Shown here: piece after piece, positions 1 through 13,180 of the stretch
How the letters are laid out: the number at the start of each line of letters is the position of its first letter
Numbering within the stretch: position 1 is the stretch's first letter
Assembly (NCBI GenBank): GCA_951406725.2
Contig: OX597815.1
Coordinates: 115,010,001-115,074,000, forward strand
Length of the DNA: 64,000 bases
DNA from: Octopus vulgaris
Lineage: Eukaryota
Direction of reading: 5' to 3'
Notes under the pieces: model-generated
The model's database searches: none
What the model was told of the DNA's origin: nothing
What the model saw: the letters and a program-made list of their open reading frames with translations, nothing else
Translations under genes and position numbers: made by a program

Positions 1-1657
1 TAACTTTGGATTTGAAATTCTTATAAAATATTTTTCTTTTGGTTTTTATAGTTGATCACTCCTTTCCTTTATTTTGAAAAAAATTAAAATTTTGAGTTTT
101 CCACTTGCACAAATATCTAGATGTTCACCACATGGAACATTTTCAAGAGATGAATCTTTGACTTGTTTATGAACCATAACCCAATCTACAAATTTTGATC
201 CTGTTTGGCTAATATAATACTCATTGCAATGTGGGCATGTGATGTAGTAAATGAGATTTTTGGTTTTGCAATTCATATTTGCATTAACCTTCAGTTCCTT
301 CTCATTCTCAAATTTTTTGGTTTTGCCCTGTTCAATTAACTCACATGTCCCACAAAACAGATCTTTACATTTTATTACTTGCTTTTCTTTTCTTCTTCTG
401 GAGTAAATTTCACATTTGTTAAGAGTCTTTCAAGATTTGGTGGCTGTCTTCAGCTCTTAATAATTTGTGATTCTTCAGTTATTTCCTGAGTTTTGTGACT
501 GGTATAGAATTGGAAGGTATTGTTTAACCAGCTGTAAGATATTATAGTTTCTAGCATTATGGGTGACTAGGACATGGAATATTTATGCTTTTGTTTTTAT
601 CTTTACCCTCAGTGTGAGAGGTTCTCTATAAAACAGAGATTGAGATCTCTTTTACATTGGTTACAGTATTATTTACTAAAGTTTTCAGGTATTTTTGCTA
701 CTAAAGGAATATTTTTAATTCCACCAGTCATCTCATTGACTAGAGCATATAATAATTGAACATATATGTATTGCTATATTAAGAGGGATATTCTTTTTAA
801 TATATGATGGGTGACAAGATCTAAAATCTAAGGACTGGTGTGTGTCTATGTTTTTGCAGTAGAAATAAGCTGTAAAAATCACATTTTCAATAATTTTCAA
901 GATGTCCAAAAAGAAAGTTCCCTTTCATTCATTTTCATAGTGAATTGGACCAATTCATTAATTTCAGAAATCATGTAAGATCTTCCTTAATTCTGTTCCA
1001 TGATATGAAGCAGTCATCCAGGAATCTTTTCCAGTTTTGTTTTAAATAGAATAGGAAATGCTGATTAAGTAATCCTAGATCATCAGGCATAGAGTGATTT
1101 TTCTTCAAGAAATCCTATCACTTGTGTTGCAAATGTGGGTGTAACTTTCATGCTCATTGCTGTCCCTTTTATTTGAAGGAATTATTGGTTATTATAGAAG
1201 TTGTGGCACTAATTGTAATCCTGCTAGGATAAATTCTTTTTAGAATCTCTCCTGAATTCTGTTTGGATATTTGTCTATCCATATCCAGAATTATACTGCT
1301 CCCAATCCTAATTCATGGGGGTTATTTATGTAGAAGCTGCTCATGTTGAAACTAACCAGGATCATCTCTATATTTACTCTTTCTAGAACATGGTTTAAAA
1401 AGTTCATATAATTTCTGATGAAACTAGGGACCAAATTTCAAAATTATGTCCAGTAAATTGATTAATTGTTTAGTGCTTGATGTTGTCTTGTGACACTTGG
1501 GCATAATTTTACATCAGACACTTTGGCAGTCTTTACATATGGTGTACTAAAGTCCTTTAAACAGATATGAATTTCTTAAGATTTATAAAGTTTTGGTAGT
1601 TCATAAAAGTTATTTGTTTTTACCTCCAAATTAGTCAGTAATCCAACATTTTTTTTG
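1..1657 (-). mobile_element. Penelope-like retroelement relic, 3' part (RT + GIY-YIG endonuclease), degraded
   Basis: ORF 46..276 NLIYYITCPHCNEYYISQTG is a GIY-YIG motif. Upstream minus-strand fragments QIKGTAMSM and WKRFLDDCFI are Penelope RT motifs. Many stops and frameshifts. Confidence 0.85.
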
Positions 1658-1682
1658 TTAACCTGTTAGCATTTGAAATGGG

Positions 1683-4600
1683 CATCATCATCATCATCAT
1701 TGTTTAACGTTTGCTTTCCATGCTGGCATGCGTTCGACAGTTTGACTAAGAACTGGCGAGCCAGATCACTGCACCAGGCTCCAATCTGATCTGGCAGAGT
1801 TTCTACAGCTGGGTACCCTTCCTAATGCCAACCACTCTGAGAGTGTAGTGGGTGCTTTTACATGCTACTGGCACGAGGGCCAGTCAGGTGGTACTGGCGA
1901 CAGCCACGCTCACATGGTGTTCTTTATGTGTCACCTGCACAGGAGCCAGTCCAGCAGCACTGGCAACGACCTCATCCAAATGTTGTTTTTCACGTGCCAC
2001 CAGCAGAAGTGCCAGTAAGGCGACACTGGTAATGATCACACTCGAATGGTGCTTTTTATGTGCCACCAGTATGGGAGCCAGTCAGCAGCCCTGGCAACAA
2101 TCATGCTCAGATAGTGCTTTTAACGTTCTACCAGTCAGGCGGTGCTGTCACTGGCCACATCAGTGAATTTGATCTTGATTGTGATTTCACTTGCCTCAAC
2201 AGGTCTTCACAAGCAACGAATAAGTAGGCTGGTTACACCACTGGCATAGGCCATGGGTTATTGTCTCACTTGGCTTGCTGGGTTTTCTCAAGCACAGCAT
2301 ATTTCCGAAGGTCTCAGTTACTAGTCATTGCCTTGGTGAGGCCCAATGTTCAAAGGTCGTGCTTCACCACCTCATCCCAGGTCTTCCTGTGTCTACCTCT
2401 TTCACAGATTCCCTCAACTGCTTGGGTGTGACACTTTTTCACACAGATGCCCTCATCCATTTGCACCACATGTCCATACCAGCGCAGTCATCTCTCTTGC
2501 ACACCACATCTGATGCTTCTAAGGTTCAGCTTTTCTCTCAAGGTGGTTACACTCTGTTGTGTATGCTCACTGACATTACACAGCCAGCGGAGCATACTGG
2601 CTTCATTCCTTGCAAGCTTACGCATGTCCTCAGCAGTTATGGCCCATGTTTCACTGCCATGTAGCATGGCTGTTCATACACATTCATCATACAGTCTACC
2701 TTTTACTCTGAGTGAGAGGCCCTTTGTCACCAGCAGAGGTAGGAGCTTTCTGAACTTTGCCCAGGCTATTCTTATTTTAGCAGCTCCATTTTCAGAGCAT
2801 CCACTCCCGCTACTGACTTGGTCACCTAGGTAACGGAAGCTGTTAACTGTTTCTAGTTTTTATCCCTGGAATGTGAGCGAAGTTGTTCTCTGCACATTTT
2901 CAGTGTTTACTGTTCCTGAACATCTGCCACATACAAAAGCTATCTTCCCAGTTAGCCTTCCTTTGATATTGCTGCACCTCTTATGTGTCCATAGCTTACA
3001 CTGGGTACGTCTTATAGAGTTTCTACCTATGCCTTTTCTACAGATCGAGCAGGGCCATCTACCTGAAGGGATTTGTGGTTTGTCTACCCTCCTACTTATT
3101 AAGACTTTGGTTTTAGCTAGGTTGACTCTAAGTCCCTTCGATTCTAATCCTTGATTCCACACCTGAAACTTCTCTAGTTCTGATAGTGACTCAGCAATAA
3201 GAGCAAGGTCATCAGCATAGAAGACCTCCCAGGGGCATCCTGTCTTGAATTCCTCTGTTATTGCCTGTAGGACTATGATAAATAGGAGAGGGCTGAGGAC
3301 TGAACCTTGGTGGACCCCTACCTCTACCTGGAATTCTTCACTGTAATCATTGCCAACCCTCCCCTCAACTTACTGACAGCATCCCTGTACGTGGCTTGCA
3401 CAGTTCTCACTAACGATTTATCTATTCCTAGTTTCCTCATTGACCACCAGATAAGGGATCGGGGGACCCTGTCAAAGGCTTTCTCCATGTCAACAAAAGC
3501 CAGGTACAGAGGTTTATCTTTGGCTAGGTATTTCTCCTGCAGCTGACTTACCAGAAATATAGCATCAGTGGTGCTTTTCCCTGGCACGAACCCAAGCTGC
3601 ATCTCATCTAAACTGACTCTCTCCCTAATTTGTTGGGCTATGACCCTCTCCATGACCTTCATTACCAGATCCAACAGCTTGATACCTCTGTAATTATTTG
3701 CATCTAATGCATCACCTTTATCTTTGTAGCAGCTGACTACGGTGCTACACCAGTCATTGGGTATGACACCTTCATGTATTACCTGATTGACTATACAGGT
3801 GACTAGGCTATAGCCGATACTACCAGATATTTTGAGCATCTTTGCGGTGATTCCTGAAGGGCAGGGGGCTTTCCTTGTCTTCATACCCTTAATTGCTTTA
3901 TCTACCAAGGCACTATCAATTCGGATAGCTGGTCCCTCTGTTGGGTTGGCATTCGGCAGTCTCTCTTTCTCCCATTCATTCTCTTTATTTAACAACCTGT
4001 CATAGTAGCGTCTCCATACCTCTCTCTTTCCAGCCTTGTTTAATGCAAGTGAACCATCATCCATGCAAACACATTTCTCTCCTATCACATCACAATTCTC
4101 TCTCACACACTGTCTTGCAGCACAAAATACCTCAAGTCTTTGGTCCTCATGGTGCAGAACATTGGCAAACTTTTTCTTCTCTGCTTCCCCATTGGTTAAA
4201 TAAACTTGCCTCCTAGCTTCCCTTTTGGAAGTCAGATATGATTCCCTGCTACCACCGTTCTTCCAGTCCTTCCAAGTCTGTTTCTTTTCCCTAATGGCCC
4301 TGTCAACAATATTGTTCCAGCACCACGTTACCTTGGGTCGAGAGGGGACTTTGCACCATCCACAGATCTGGTCAGTGGTCCTCAGCAGGTTGTCCCGTAG
4401 AAACCTCCAGTTGTCTTCCATGTCATGTGATGCTATATCCTCCTCTATTTCATCAAAAGCTTCAAGTAATACGTCTCTAAATCTCTGTCCATTTTCAGGA
4501 TCTTTAAGCTTCCAGACCCTTCTCCTCCATGCTGGTTGTCTTCTGGGCATCAATTTAGCCCTGATCCTGAAGTCACTAACTACTAGTCTATGTTGTGGGG

Positions 4601-5205
4601 TACATTCTTCACTTGGGAAGGTTTTGGCAATTATAAGTAGCCATCTTTCATTTTTCCTGGTGAGGATGTAGTCAATTTGACTAATGTGTCTACCAGATCG
4701 GTAGGTGACTAGGTGACTGGCAGGTTTCCTGAAGTTAGTATTGCATACCATAAGATCATTTGCATTGCAGAACTCCAGCAGCCTGGTTCCCTCCTCATTG
4801 TGGGAACCAAAACCATAGCCTCCATGTATGCCATAGAAGTTCCCTGCAAGTTGTCCAACATGTCCATTGAAATCACCAGGCACAAAGAGAAGGTCCCTGT
4901 CATTCGTCGACAAGTTAGTCAGCAAGAGGGTGTCATAAAATTGGTCTTTCTGTCCATCAGGTAGCCCCAGCTGAGGGGCATATGCCGTGATAATGGTTGC
5001 TAACCCATAATGTAGCACTAATCTAATCTTAAGTATTCTATCACAGACTCTGACTACCTCGATTACCTTATCAACCCATTTCTCCGCAAGAAGTATAACC
5101 ACGCCCCTGACCCCGTCAGTGTTCCCTGCTCAGAAGATCTTGCATCTTTGTTCTTTGCTTGTGAGGAACCTAGCAGAGCCTCCTCTCCACCTTAATTCTT
5201 GAATG
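1683..5205 (-). mobile_element. RTE-clade LINE, near full length, 5'-truncated, with repeat-containing 3' UTR and (GAT)n tail
   Basis: APE endonuclease motifs (AYAPQ, GDFNGHVG, QIDYIL, QHRLVV) and RT motifs (NYRGIKLL, FVDMEKAFDRVP, YADD near 3215, FRYLG). The tail reads catcatcat on the + strand at 1683-1700. Confidence 0.93.
3324..5102 (-). pseudogene. RTE ORF (endonuclease + N-half of reverse transcriptase), 592-aa open segment; continues after frameshifts to ~2330
   Basis: ORF track translation carries EN and RT motifs. A frameshift near 3360 separates it from the QGSVLSP/YADD region. Confidence 0.9.
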
Positions 5206-5378
5206 TATATGTTCAAACTGACCAGATTTGACCGCACATCTTCCCTACGATGTCATTATAAAATAAATAATCACATCATCAAAATCTTGAAGCTACACAA
5301 TAATGCATGATTAATTCAAAACAGCGTAAAGGAATAAGCATTACAATTGACAGAATAATCTGAATGCTAAAGGGTTAA

Positions 5379-6340
5379 ATTGCTTTTGAAGTTGCTCATT
5401 AATTCACCAAGTTTTTAATTGTTTATTTATTTTAGCTTCTAATTGTTTGTAGAAATGTTGGTCATTTAGTTGTTCAAAGATCATTTCCCCTTTATTAAGA
5501 TAATGACCATAGGCTAATCTTTCAGTAGACATTTGAATACTTTATGCTTTTCATTTATAATATTTGATTTTATACAATTTTCTGGAATGTTTGAGTTTAC
5601 TGATTTTTTCAGACACATTATATACACCTCTAAGTGTTTATTCTTGTTCTTTGGAGGTTTAAACTCCATTTTGCTTTTTCACAAGTGATAGAACTTCATG
5701 ATCCTTCTTTTAGAAAAACTCCAGTTGATGAAGTTTTAGACAAAATTCTTCAGTACCTTTTATAAGATCTATTGTGCCAGGTTTTCTAAGTTGGTGTAAA
5801 TTTAAGTTCATATTCTAAAAGTTTTACTTCATTTTCACAAAGTCACATGATAAATTTATTACTTTTGGATCAGATGGTTCAGTATTTCCTGGAATCTTTC
5901 TATTGTGCTTTCTTTTTTTCATGTTCAGAACAAAACTTTGTTTTATTTTGAGAATCATTTGTACTCTGTTTTTCTAATTCTATTTTTTGGGGGAAGGAGG
6001 GTTTCCAGTTGTTGATACGCCTAGTATTAACCAGCTTCCTTGCTATATTAGCTTGCTTTTAGTAGATTTTTACTGTTTCCTTTGGTTTTACCATTTATTT
6101 TACTGTGTTCTTCTATTATAATTGTTTGGAAGTATTTTGTAGTTGAGTTTATTTTGGTATGAATTATTTGATTCAAGTCCATTTTTGTATGTATAGATTC
6201 TTGCAACCTCCAACTAACTCCCGGTTTTTCTGTTCCACCCATTTCTGTTCATCTCATATCTTGAGGGTCCTCCTAGACACCTCATCACCACAAAATTGTA
6301 TCATTTTCCACTCCTCTAAAATGCGAGTAGTCTTGTAGTT
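5379..6340 (-). mobile_element. 5' part of the same Penelope-like element
   Basis: Joining across the TTAA duplication restores LQKQFNKKNVGLLTNLEVKTNNFYELPK. Upstream LLEYELKFTPT...EEFCLKLHQLEFF resembles the Penelope N-terminal region. Confidence 0.6.
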
Positions 6341-6816
6341 CTATAGCAAAAAACATGTTCTGCTCTGGTCCCTTCTTTCATATTTAAATCCCTCATCTCT
6401 GACCCCTTGGATTTCATAGTCTTGCAAGCTGTATGGTAGCCTCACTAGTTATGGTGGCACAAAAGAAAAAGCACACAGTATATGTTGTAAAGTGGTTAAG
6501 GCTGCTTGATCAGGCTGATCTGGGTTTATGTAACAACATTAATAGCAATAACAAAAACAGCAAACCTTGAGACAATGAATGTAAGGTCAATCCTAGCAAG
6601 CACTGAACTCAGAATATTAAAGGGTAATACTTAAAACTATATGGTATTCTGCTCAGTTTAATATTTTGGTCACAGCAACACTTTATATGTTGATAATTAT
6701 TTAATTTCATTCCATTTTGTCTTAAATAACACTGCTCACTAGTCCAAATACTTTTGCCCTGTTAGTTTTAACTGAATGAAAGTATATAAAGGAGATATGA
6801 AAAAAGCATTACTAAC

Positions 6817-7049
6817 CTACTAGCTGTCCGTGGTGTACTTAAAATGTTGTTTTCAGGCATTAGCAACCATTTTGTAGCATCCATCTTCTGTCGACTTGAT
6901 GAGCTATCAGGACGAGAGAACAGCTTGAGATTCACAATATCACTCCTACTGTAATTTTTACCTGTTAAGAGAGACAGAATCACTTGCAATTCTTCATCAT
7001 ATTGCTGTGAAGTGAAGTGTAGAGGATTATCTGGCTCAGTCACATTAAC
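6817..7049 (-). CDS. FAM228B: FAM228-family protein, exon (233 nt, phase 0-2)
   Basis: tacag|GTT acceptor and AG|gttagt donor. VNVTEPDNPL...LTGKNYS...SRQKMDATKWLLMPENNILS parallels recalled FAM228B VTIPPFHDPL...ETGKIYS...SRHFITPNEWLKLP. Confidence 0.82.
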
Positions 7050-7435
7050 CTGTAATATATAATACAATACACAAACGAATCATGAATAAATGACTGTAAT
7101 AATGGGATTATGTATATGGACAATTTAACTGGATTTAACTGTTACTTCTAAAATATTATTTATATTTGTATTTGTATAAACCTTGAGGGCATAATCAACA
7201 CTGGTGGGATTTAAAATCCAGGACTTATAGAAATAAAATTAAATGGGGTATAGTACCATTTGATTTTGTTTTTCTTTGAGTAAACAAGATATAATTTATG
7301 CAGAAGGATAAAAAAATTATAAGAATTCAAGGAAAACACATGCAGGTGATTCTACTTAAATATCCATCTCTAACATAAAAAAGCTATGGGCTCAAGTTTC
7401 AATCCCTGCAACAAAACCTGAATATATATATATAT

Positions 7436-8053
7436 CATCATCATCATCATCATCATCGTTTAATGTCCTCTTTCCATGCTAGCATGGGTTGGACGATTTG
7501 ACTGAGGTCTGGCAAACCAGACGGCTGCACCAGGCTCCAGTCTGATCTGACAGAGTTTCTATAGCTGGATGCCCTTCCTAACGCCAACCACTCCGAGAGT
7601 GTAGTGGGTGCTTTTACGTGCCACCAGCACGAGGGCCTGTCAGGCAGTACTGGCAACGGCCACCTTCCAATGGTGCTTTTTATGTGCCACCTGCACAGGA
7701 GCCAGTTCAGCGGCACTGGCAATGACCTTGCTCAAATGTTTTTTCACGTGCCACCAGCACAAGTGCCAGTAAGGCGATGCAGGTAATGATCACACTCGAA
7801 TGGTGCTTTTTATGTACCACCGGCATGGAAGCCAGTTTTTTGCTCTGGCAATGATCACGCTTGGATGGTGCTCTTAGCGCTCCACTAGCATGGATGCCAG
7901 TCATCAAATTTGATTTTGATTTTGATTTCACTTGCCTCAACAGGTCTTCGCAAGCAGAGTTTAGTGTCCAATGAAGGAAAAGTACGCATAAATGGGCTGA
8001 TTACACCCCTGGCATAGGCCACAAGGTTATGGTCTCACTTGGCTTGCCTAGTC
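7436..8053 (-). mobile_element. 5'-truncated RTE copy (3' UTR + (GAT)n tail) inserted in a TA run
   Basis: Matches 1683-2280; TA repeats on both flanks. Confidence 0.88.
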
Positions 8054-8143
8054 AAATATATATATATAAATGAGTTTAAAAAATTCAGTTTCACCACAAT
8101 ATAGATTTTCAACTGTAAAATATTCTTCTAATTAAAGCCTTAC

Positions 8144-8218
8144 CTTTGCAGGAACTTTGTTAGGGTAGGGATATATTGAATATTCCTCTGGGTCAACAGT
8201 ATCAAGATAAGCACAGCC
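8144..8218 (-). CDS. FAM228B: FAM228-family protein, exon (75 nt, phase 0-0)
   Basis: ttccag|GGC...AAG|gtaagg. Encodes GCAYLDTVDPEEYSIYPYPNKVPAK (compare recalled GNAFIEHYDPKEYDPF). Confidence 0.85.
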
Positions 8219-8476
8219 CTGGAAGGAAATATAAATGTTTAACTGAAAATATGTTGTTTAACCAACTTTATTTTATAAATTTTATATCTTCTTATGACAA
8301 AGCAAACCTACCAGTGTGTGCTGATTTTCTGTCTGTAACATTTGCATTTAACTAAGAAAAGTGGGGTCTTTTGGTGATGACCATTATTAACAAGTGAACC
8401 AAGAGAAAAGTACTGAATATGAAATAGAAACCAAGGAAAATGAAAATTGTCACAAGGCTTCCACTTATGTATGTAT

Positions 8477-8753
8477 TGTTGTTATTGTTGTTTGTTCCTT
8501 CTCGAGCCATGCCTGGTTCATAAGGGCCAGTTTCCCAGTTTCACCATTGCAGGTGAGTTGCTAAATGCAGGAGGAAAGAGAGAGAGAAAGTTGTGGTGAA
8601 AGAGTCAGCAGAAGTTCACCATTACCTTCTGCCAGAGCTGCATGGTGCTTAGGTGCTTCGCTCATAAACACACACATCGCCTGGTCTGAGATTTGAACCT
8701 GTGATCCCTCGATTGTGAGTCCACTGCTCTAAACACTGGGCCATGTGCCTCCA
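8477..8753 (-). mobile_element. tRNA-derived SINE (family A) with (AAC)n tail
   Basis: Minus strand starts ggaggcacatggcccagtg (A box) and has ggttcaaatc (B box). Homologous to 22516-22815. Confidence 0.8.
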
Positions 8754-8865
8754 CATATATGTATTACCTGCTATGATTTTAAATGTAAATAATATTAGAT
8801 ATTATGAGCACCATCTTGAGATAGAAAGATGAACAGGCCCACTGATAAATCTTGAAGTATGTATA

Positions 8866-9390
8866 CACGCTCTCTCAGAATTAACTATTTCAGTGAAATA
8901 GGACAATTTTTTTTTAAACATTTTATTTATGTTTATCATGTTTAATATGTATTAAAAGTGTGTAAATTTTCAATTCTGTTCATAATTCTATAATTTTTAT
9001 AATTTTTGTTTTTATAATTTTATGTTCATTCCTGTTGGAACCCATTATCTGTCCACAGTTGTTTATTTTCAATTTGGCTGCAATCATTTTCCCTACATCC
9101 ATCCCTAGGATGGAGCAATAGTTTAGCTGAACTTAAAGAATGCATTCAGCTAGCAGTGCAGGAGATAAGTTCTAAAATGCTTCAAAATGTGTTTCACAAT
9201 ATTAAGGTTTGATTTGAAATTTGCAGAGGTACAGACAGCACATATTCAAAATTTTCAGTAAGTTTTGACATAAGATTTATAAATCTATTTGTTTTGGTAT
9301 CATAATTAAGTAATAAACATCAAATTCTGTCAGTTTTTCAAAAATTTTCCCTATTTCATTGAAATAGATAGTTAATTCTGGGACACCTTG
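8866..9390. mobile_element. Tc1/mariner-derived MITE
   Basis: Imperfect ~45-bp terminal inverted repeats (cagaattaactatttca.tgaaatagg); TA on the left flank; no ORF. Confidence 0.6.
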
Positions 9391-9815
9391 TTTTTTATTA
9401 AACTATAAAATACAAGAATGTACTATATAGACACTATAAGTTGCTTCAAACACTTTAGCTAAACTATTTTGTCAGTTAGTGTTATTCTATTAATATTCAA
9501 TATTGCAAAGCAGCTAAGCTTAGTTCAGTGTTTGTGACGTCAACTAACCTCATTGAAATATCTATTATCATCACCTATGTAATTATACACCAATTTGTTT
9601 TATGTACAGAACTAAGAAAAGAAATACAAAATGACTTAGTTCCATAACTCTGGTTCGCACTTAATACTTCTTGATGTAGTTTAACCACCTGATAATAGAA
9701 TCCACCCATAAATTATGGTTGAATGATAAAAGACAGTCAATTACATATAAGAAAAAATTGCTCCAACTGGTGTATAACAGCAAAAGTCAATTACATATGG
9801 CTTCAAATACCTTAC

Positions 9816-10013
9816 CTTAGTGTTAACATATTTTAAATAATTTTTGTACACCTCACGTTTCTTGCTATATGTAAATAACCAGGGAGAGCATTGAACATTT
9901 TCTTGTAGTCTTTTAGACAGAGGATTATACACTTTTTTTGTCCATTGTCTGTAAATATTTTCCTGGTGCTTTTTCTTTTTCATTTCATTGAAATTAAGTT
10001 TTGAATGTATTTC
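9816..10013 (-). CDS. FAM228B: FAM228-family protein, exon (198 nt, phase 0-0)
   Basis: ttaccag|GAA...AAG|gtaagg. ENIYRQWTKKVYNPLSKRL...YLKYVNTK matches the recalled FAM228 core EMLYKRWVDCVADPLQKKI...FLKHVNKK. Confidence 0.87.
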
Positions 10014-11084
10014 CTGGTAAGAAAGAGAAAGCAAAATAAATGTAATTTAAATGAGAATGATTAACTATACTATTAGAAGATATCAACATAGATAATGAAT
10101 AAGAACTAATTAGTGTCAAAAGCTTTGAATAGACAAAGTCAAGTAAATTCTAGATATTAAGATAAGGATTATGTTTTAACACTTGACATTTCCAACATCA
10201 ATATTTCGAAGTCTCAGGCCTGCAACATTACTTACATGAAAGGCTCAGCTTGGGAGCTTTTTCTCCCTTCAGTTAGACACAAACTATAATCTCTTCCTTC
10301 TCTGAAATAGGTACGCACACACGCACACATATTGATTGTCCTCACTGCTAACATTAACACACATTCCTTTTCTAAAATCATAGAAAAGAAGAAATAGCTG
10401 GTTAGGTATTGTTTTAGATAACCAGATCATTAAGTTTTTAGTTCAAAACCAGATATTTTGTTGTGTATATAGAAAGGACACACAATTCTGTGAGTACAAG
10501 CATGGCTTTGTCCTTTGTAGTTACATGGTCCTAGATTGGGTTAGATCCCACTGTGCACAACTCTATATAAGTGTATTCTAGCATAGTCTCAAAACTTGTA
10601 AGGGGAAACTGTGAAGTCAGAATCTGTGTGGAAGATCACTGAATGAACTGTACCTATTCTAAGGGTAGGGGTAGGCACAGTGCCATCTTAAGGTATGGTA
10701 CACTGGATAGTTGCACAAGAGCCTGATCTATGTATGCTGTAGTTTGCTGTCAATAAATAAGTACTGCAGGGTCCAATGCATTGATTTGCCCAGGGTCCTA
10801 TAATGCTGCTAAGTTGGCTTTGGGTAGGAGTAAGCTGTTGCCAACTTTAACACCAACATATGTCTCTTGAATATTTTTAACAGAGTCCATTCTGTTTCAA
10901 GCATTCAAGCTAAGTGTTGTGAGTGTTGGCTTCTTTTCTTCTCTTACTCCCACTAGTCGTGGAGGCCCAAGAAAATGAATGCCAAGCACCTCCATCTTAC
11001 CAGTCGGCAAAAGTGACAGACACTACCCCACTTATCTTGGCTAACTTATTTTGGCACCATTGCTCCCACTGTTTCTGCTGGGTA

Positions 11085-11583
11085 ATTTCATATGCAGGGA
11101 AGGTGGTGGCCTCAGTTTTTTTTTCAACAAAAGGTATTGTGCTTATTGACTATTTTCAAAAGCATCACACCATCAGTGGAGAGTATAATGCTAATTTTCT
11201 GAAGCACTTTCAAAGACTATCAAGACCAAATGCTCAGGAAAACTGATGAAAGGGTTCGTGTTTCATCAGGATAATATTCCAGCATGCAAGCGCTTGGCTT
11301 CAATGGCTGCAACATGTGACTATAATTTTGAACTGGTTGATCACCATCCATATTCTCCCTATTTGGTCCCATATGACTATTATGTTCCCCAACAGGCAAA
11401 AACACTTGGCTGGAGTTTTTTGATCAAAAGGATGAAAGCTTCTTCAATGAGACTTAAGCAATGCAACACTGATAAAAGAAGTGTGAGGTTCATAAAGGGG
11501 AGTATGTTGAAAAACAAATTGCATTTGGTCACATTCCATGAGAGTATTCTGGTCAGTCTATGAACTTTTCAGTTCAGCATCAT
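11085..11583 (+). mobile_element. mariner (DD34D-type) transposase relic, 3' half
   Basis: AGKVVASVFF.KGIVLIDY...FHQDNIPA...ELVDHHPYSPYLVPYDYY across frameshifts. Confidence 0.8.
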
Positions 11584-11933
11584 ATATATGATAGGTTTGT
11601 TTCAGTTTCCATCCACCAACTCCACTCACAAGGCTTTGGTCAACCTAAGGCTACAGTTGAAATCACTTGTCCAAGGTGCCACTCAGTGGGAGTGAACCAA
11701 GAATCATGTGACTGGGAAGCGAGTTTATTACCACACACTCATGCTTGTACCAATAGCCATGCCTGTGTCTATTATATATAATTTTCTCAGACAAACAAAT
11801 TCTTTAAAATGTGCTCTCACAGCAATAACCAATGAAGCAAACAATAGAAGCAGTACTTATTTTCTCTCATAGGCTGACCAAAGTAAGCAGTGTCACATTA
11901 AACAAAAAAAATTCCAATGCTTGTCAGTTTTAC

Positions 11934-12005
11934 CTGTTTCATCTCATGTTCCTTCTTTAAAAGATTATCATATGTTTCTTTAAATTCTCTGAACTCTGAA
12001 GATTT
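11934..12005 (-). CDS. FAM228B: FAM228-family protein, exon (72 nt, phase 0-0)
   Basis: ttctttcag|AAA...CAG|gtaaaa. Encodes KSSEFREFKETYDNLLKKEHEMKQ, in frame with the next exon (compare recalled QSILYKENSVIK|E). Confidence 0.75.
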
Positions 12006-12943
12006 CTGAAAGAAAGAAAATAAAAAAGATGATGCTTTTTAATAAAGAAAATATAGAATAGATATTTTAGGATTTAATATCTGCTAAGTTCAACATCTTT
12101 AAAAATAAGAAACATTATATGTTATAGATAGATCACTGGAGCACCACTGCAAACTTCGTGTAGTATACCTAGTGTAAATCAACCTACAGGAACCTTCAAG
12201 TTCTTTAGATATTATCTATATACAAGGCACTTAATTCTGTGAACATAATTTCACATTCATGTTTGGTATAGACACATCCTATCTAAGTGGCATTCTAGCT
12301 AAGGAGAAATTAATCTCTATGTTCAACACATGGAATTTAAGTTAAGCACCAATACTAATGTACCACACAATGTTTGGAGTTGGAGACATTTATTGAGAAC
12401 TAATCTTTGCCACAGAAACAGTGCAATGCCAGCAATGATGTGACCCACAGGTCTTCTCACAGCTCTAATCACTGGCACACAATTGCCTTTCAGTATTATA
12501 TAGAAGTTGATCAAATTAAATAGACCAAACTTCCTCATTCTGTTGTGATTTTGAGTTAGAAACAGAAAAAAAAAAGTACAAAAGTAAAGAAAAATTCTAG
12601 TTCATTTTTGGCTCAAAATTAATAGCCACTATTTAAATATTTATTAGTAACCCATGTTAACTGCTGTGCAAATTCCTTCTCTTGGAAACAAATTCATAAA
12701 AAATTTATTAGTTTGTTCATACATAAAAGCAGTGATATAACTTTTTAGTAATTTTTAACCTCCCCTCCTATTCAGTTGTAAGGTAACTAATTTCTTTCTA
12801 GATATCTCCTACATTATTTACTAACTCTTTACATAAAACACAAGACCTACGGTCTGCAAGGGAGGATAAACACCTAGTGAAGAGCCTTTACATATTCGAT
12901 TGACATGCTAGAAATAGCAGCTAAATCTCACTCTAATAAACCT

Positions 12944-13180
12944 GCTTATTTCTTTATTGCCCACAAGGGGCTAAACATAGAGGGGACAATTACGGACAGA
13001 CAAAGAGATTAAGTCAATTACATTGACCCCAGTGCATAACTGGTACTTAATTTATCGACCCTGAAAGAATGAAAGGCAAAGTCGACCTCAGCGGAATTTG
13101 AACTCAGAACATAAAGGCAGACAAAATACCGCTAGGCATTTCGCCCGGCGTGCTAATGTTTCTGCCAGCTTGCCGCCTTT
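12944..13180 (-). mobile_element. tRNA-derived SINE (family B, Meta-domain-like core)
   Basis: Core gtcgactttgcctttcattctttcagggtcgataaattaagtacc and B box gagttcaaattcc. A degraded copy follows at ~13330-13530. Confidence 0.8.

Larger units (their letters stand above)
1658..5378. mobile_element. piggyBac-type ~225-bp MITE, split by a 3.5-kb RTE insertion (left arm 1658-1685, right arm ~5206-5378)
   Basis: Left end ttaacctgttagcatt and right end aatgctaaagggttaa are inverted repeats flanked by TTAA. The right arm matches the intact copy at 22060-22287. Confidence 0.75.
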
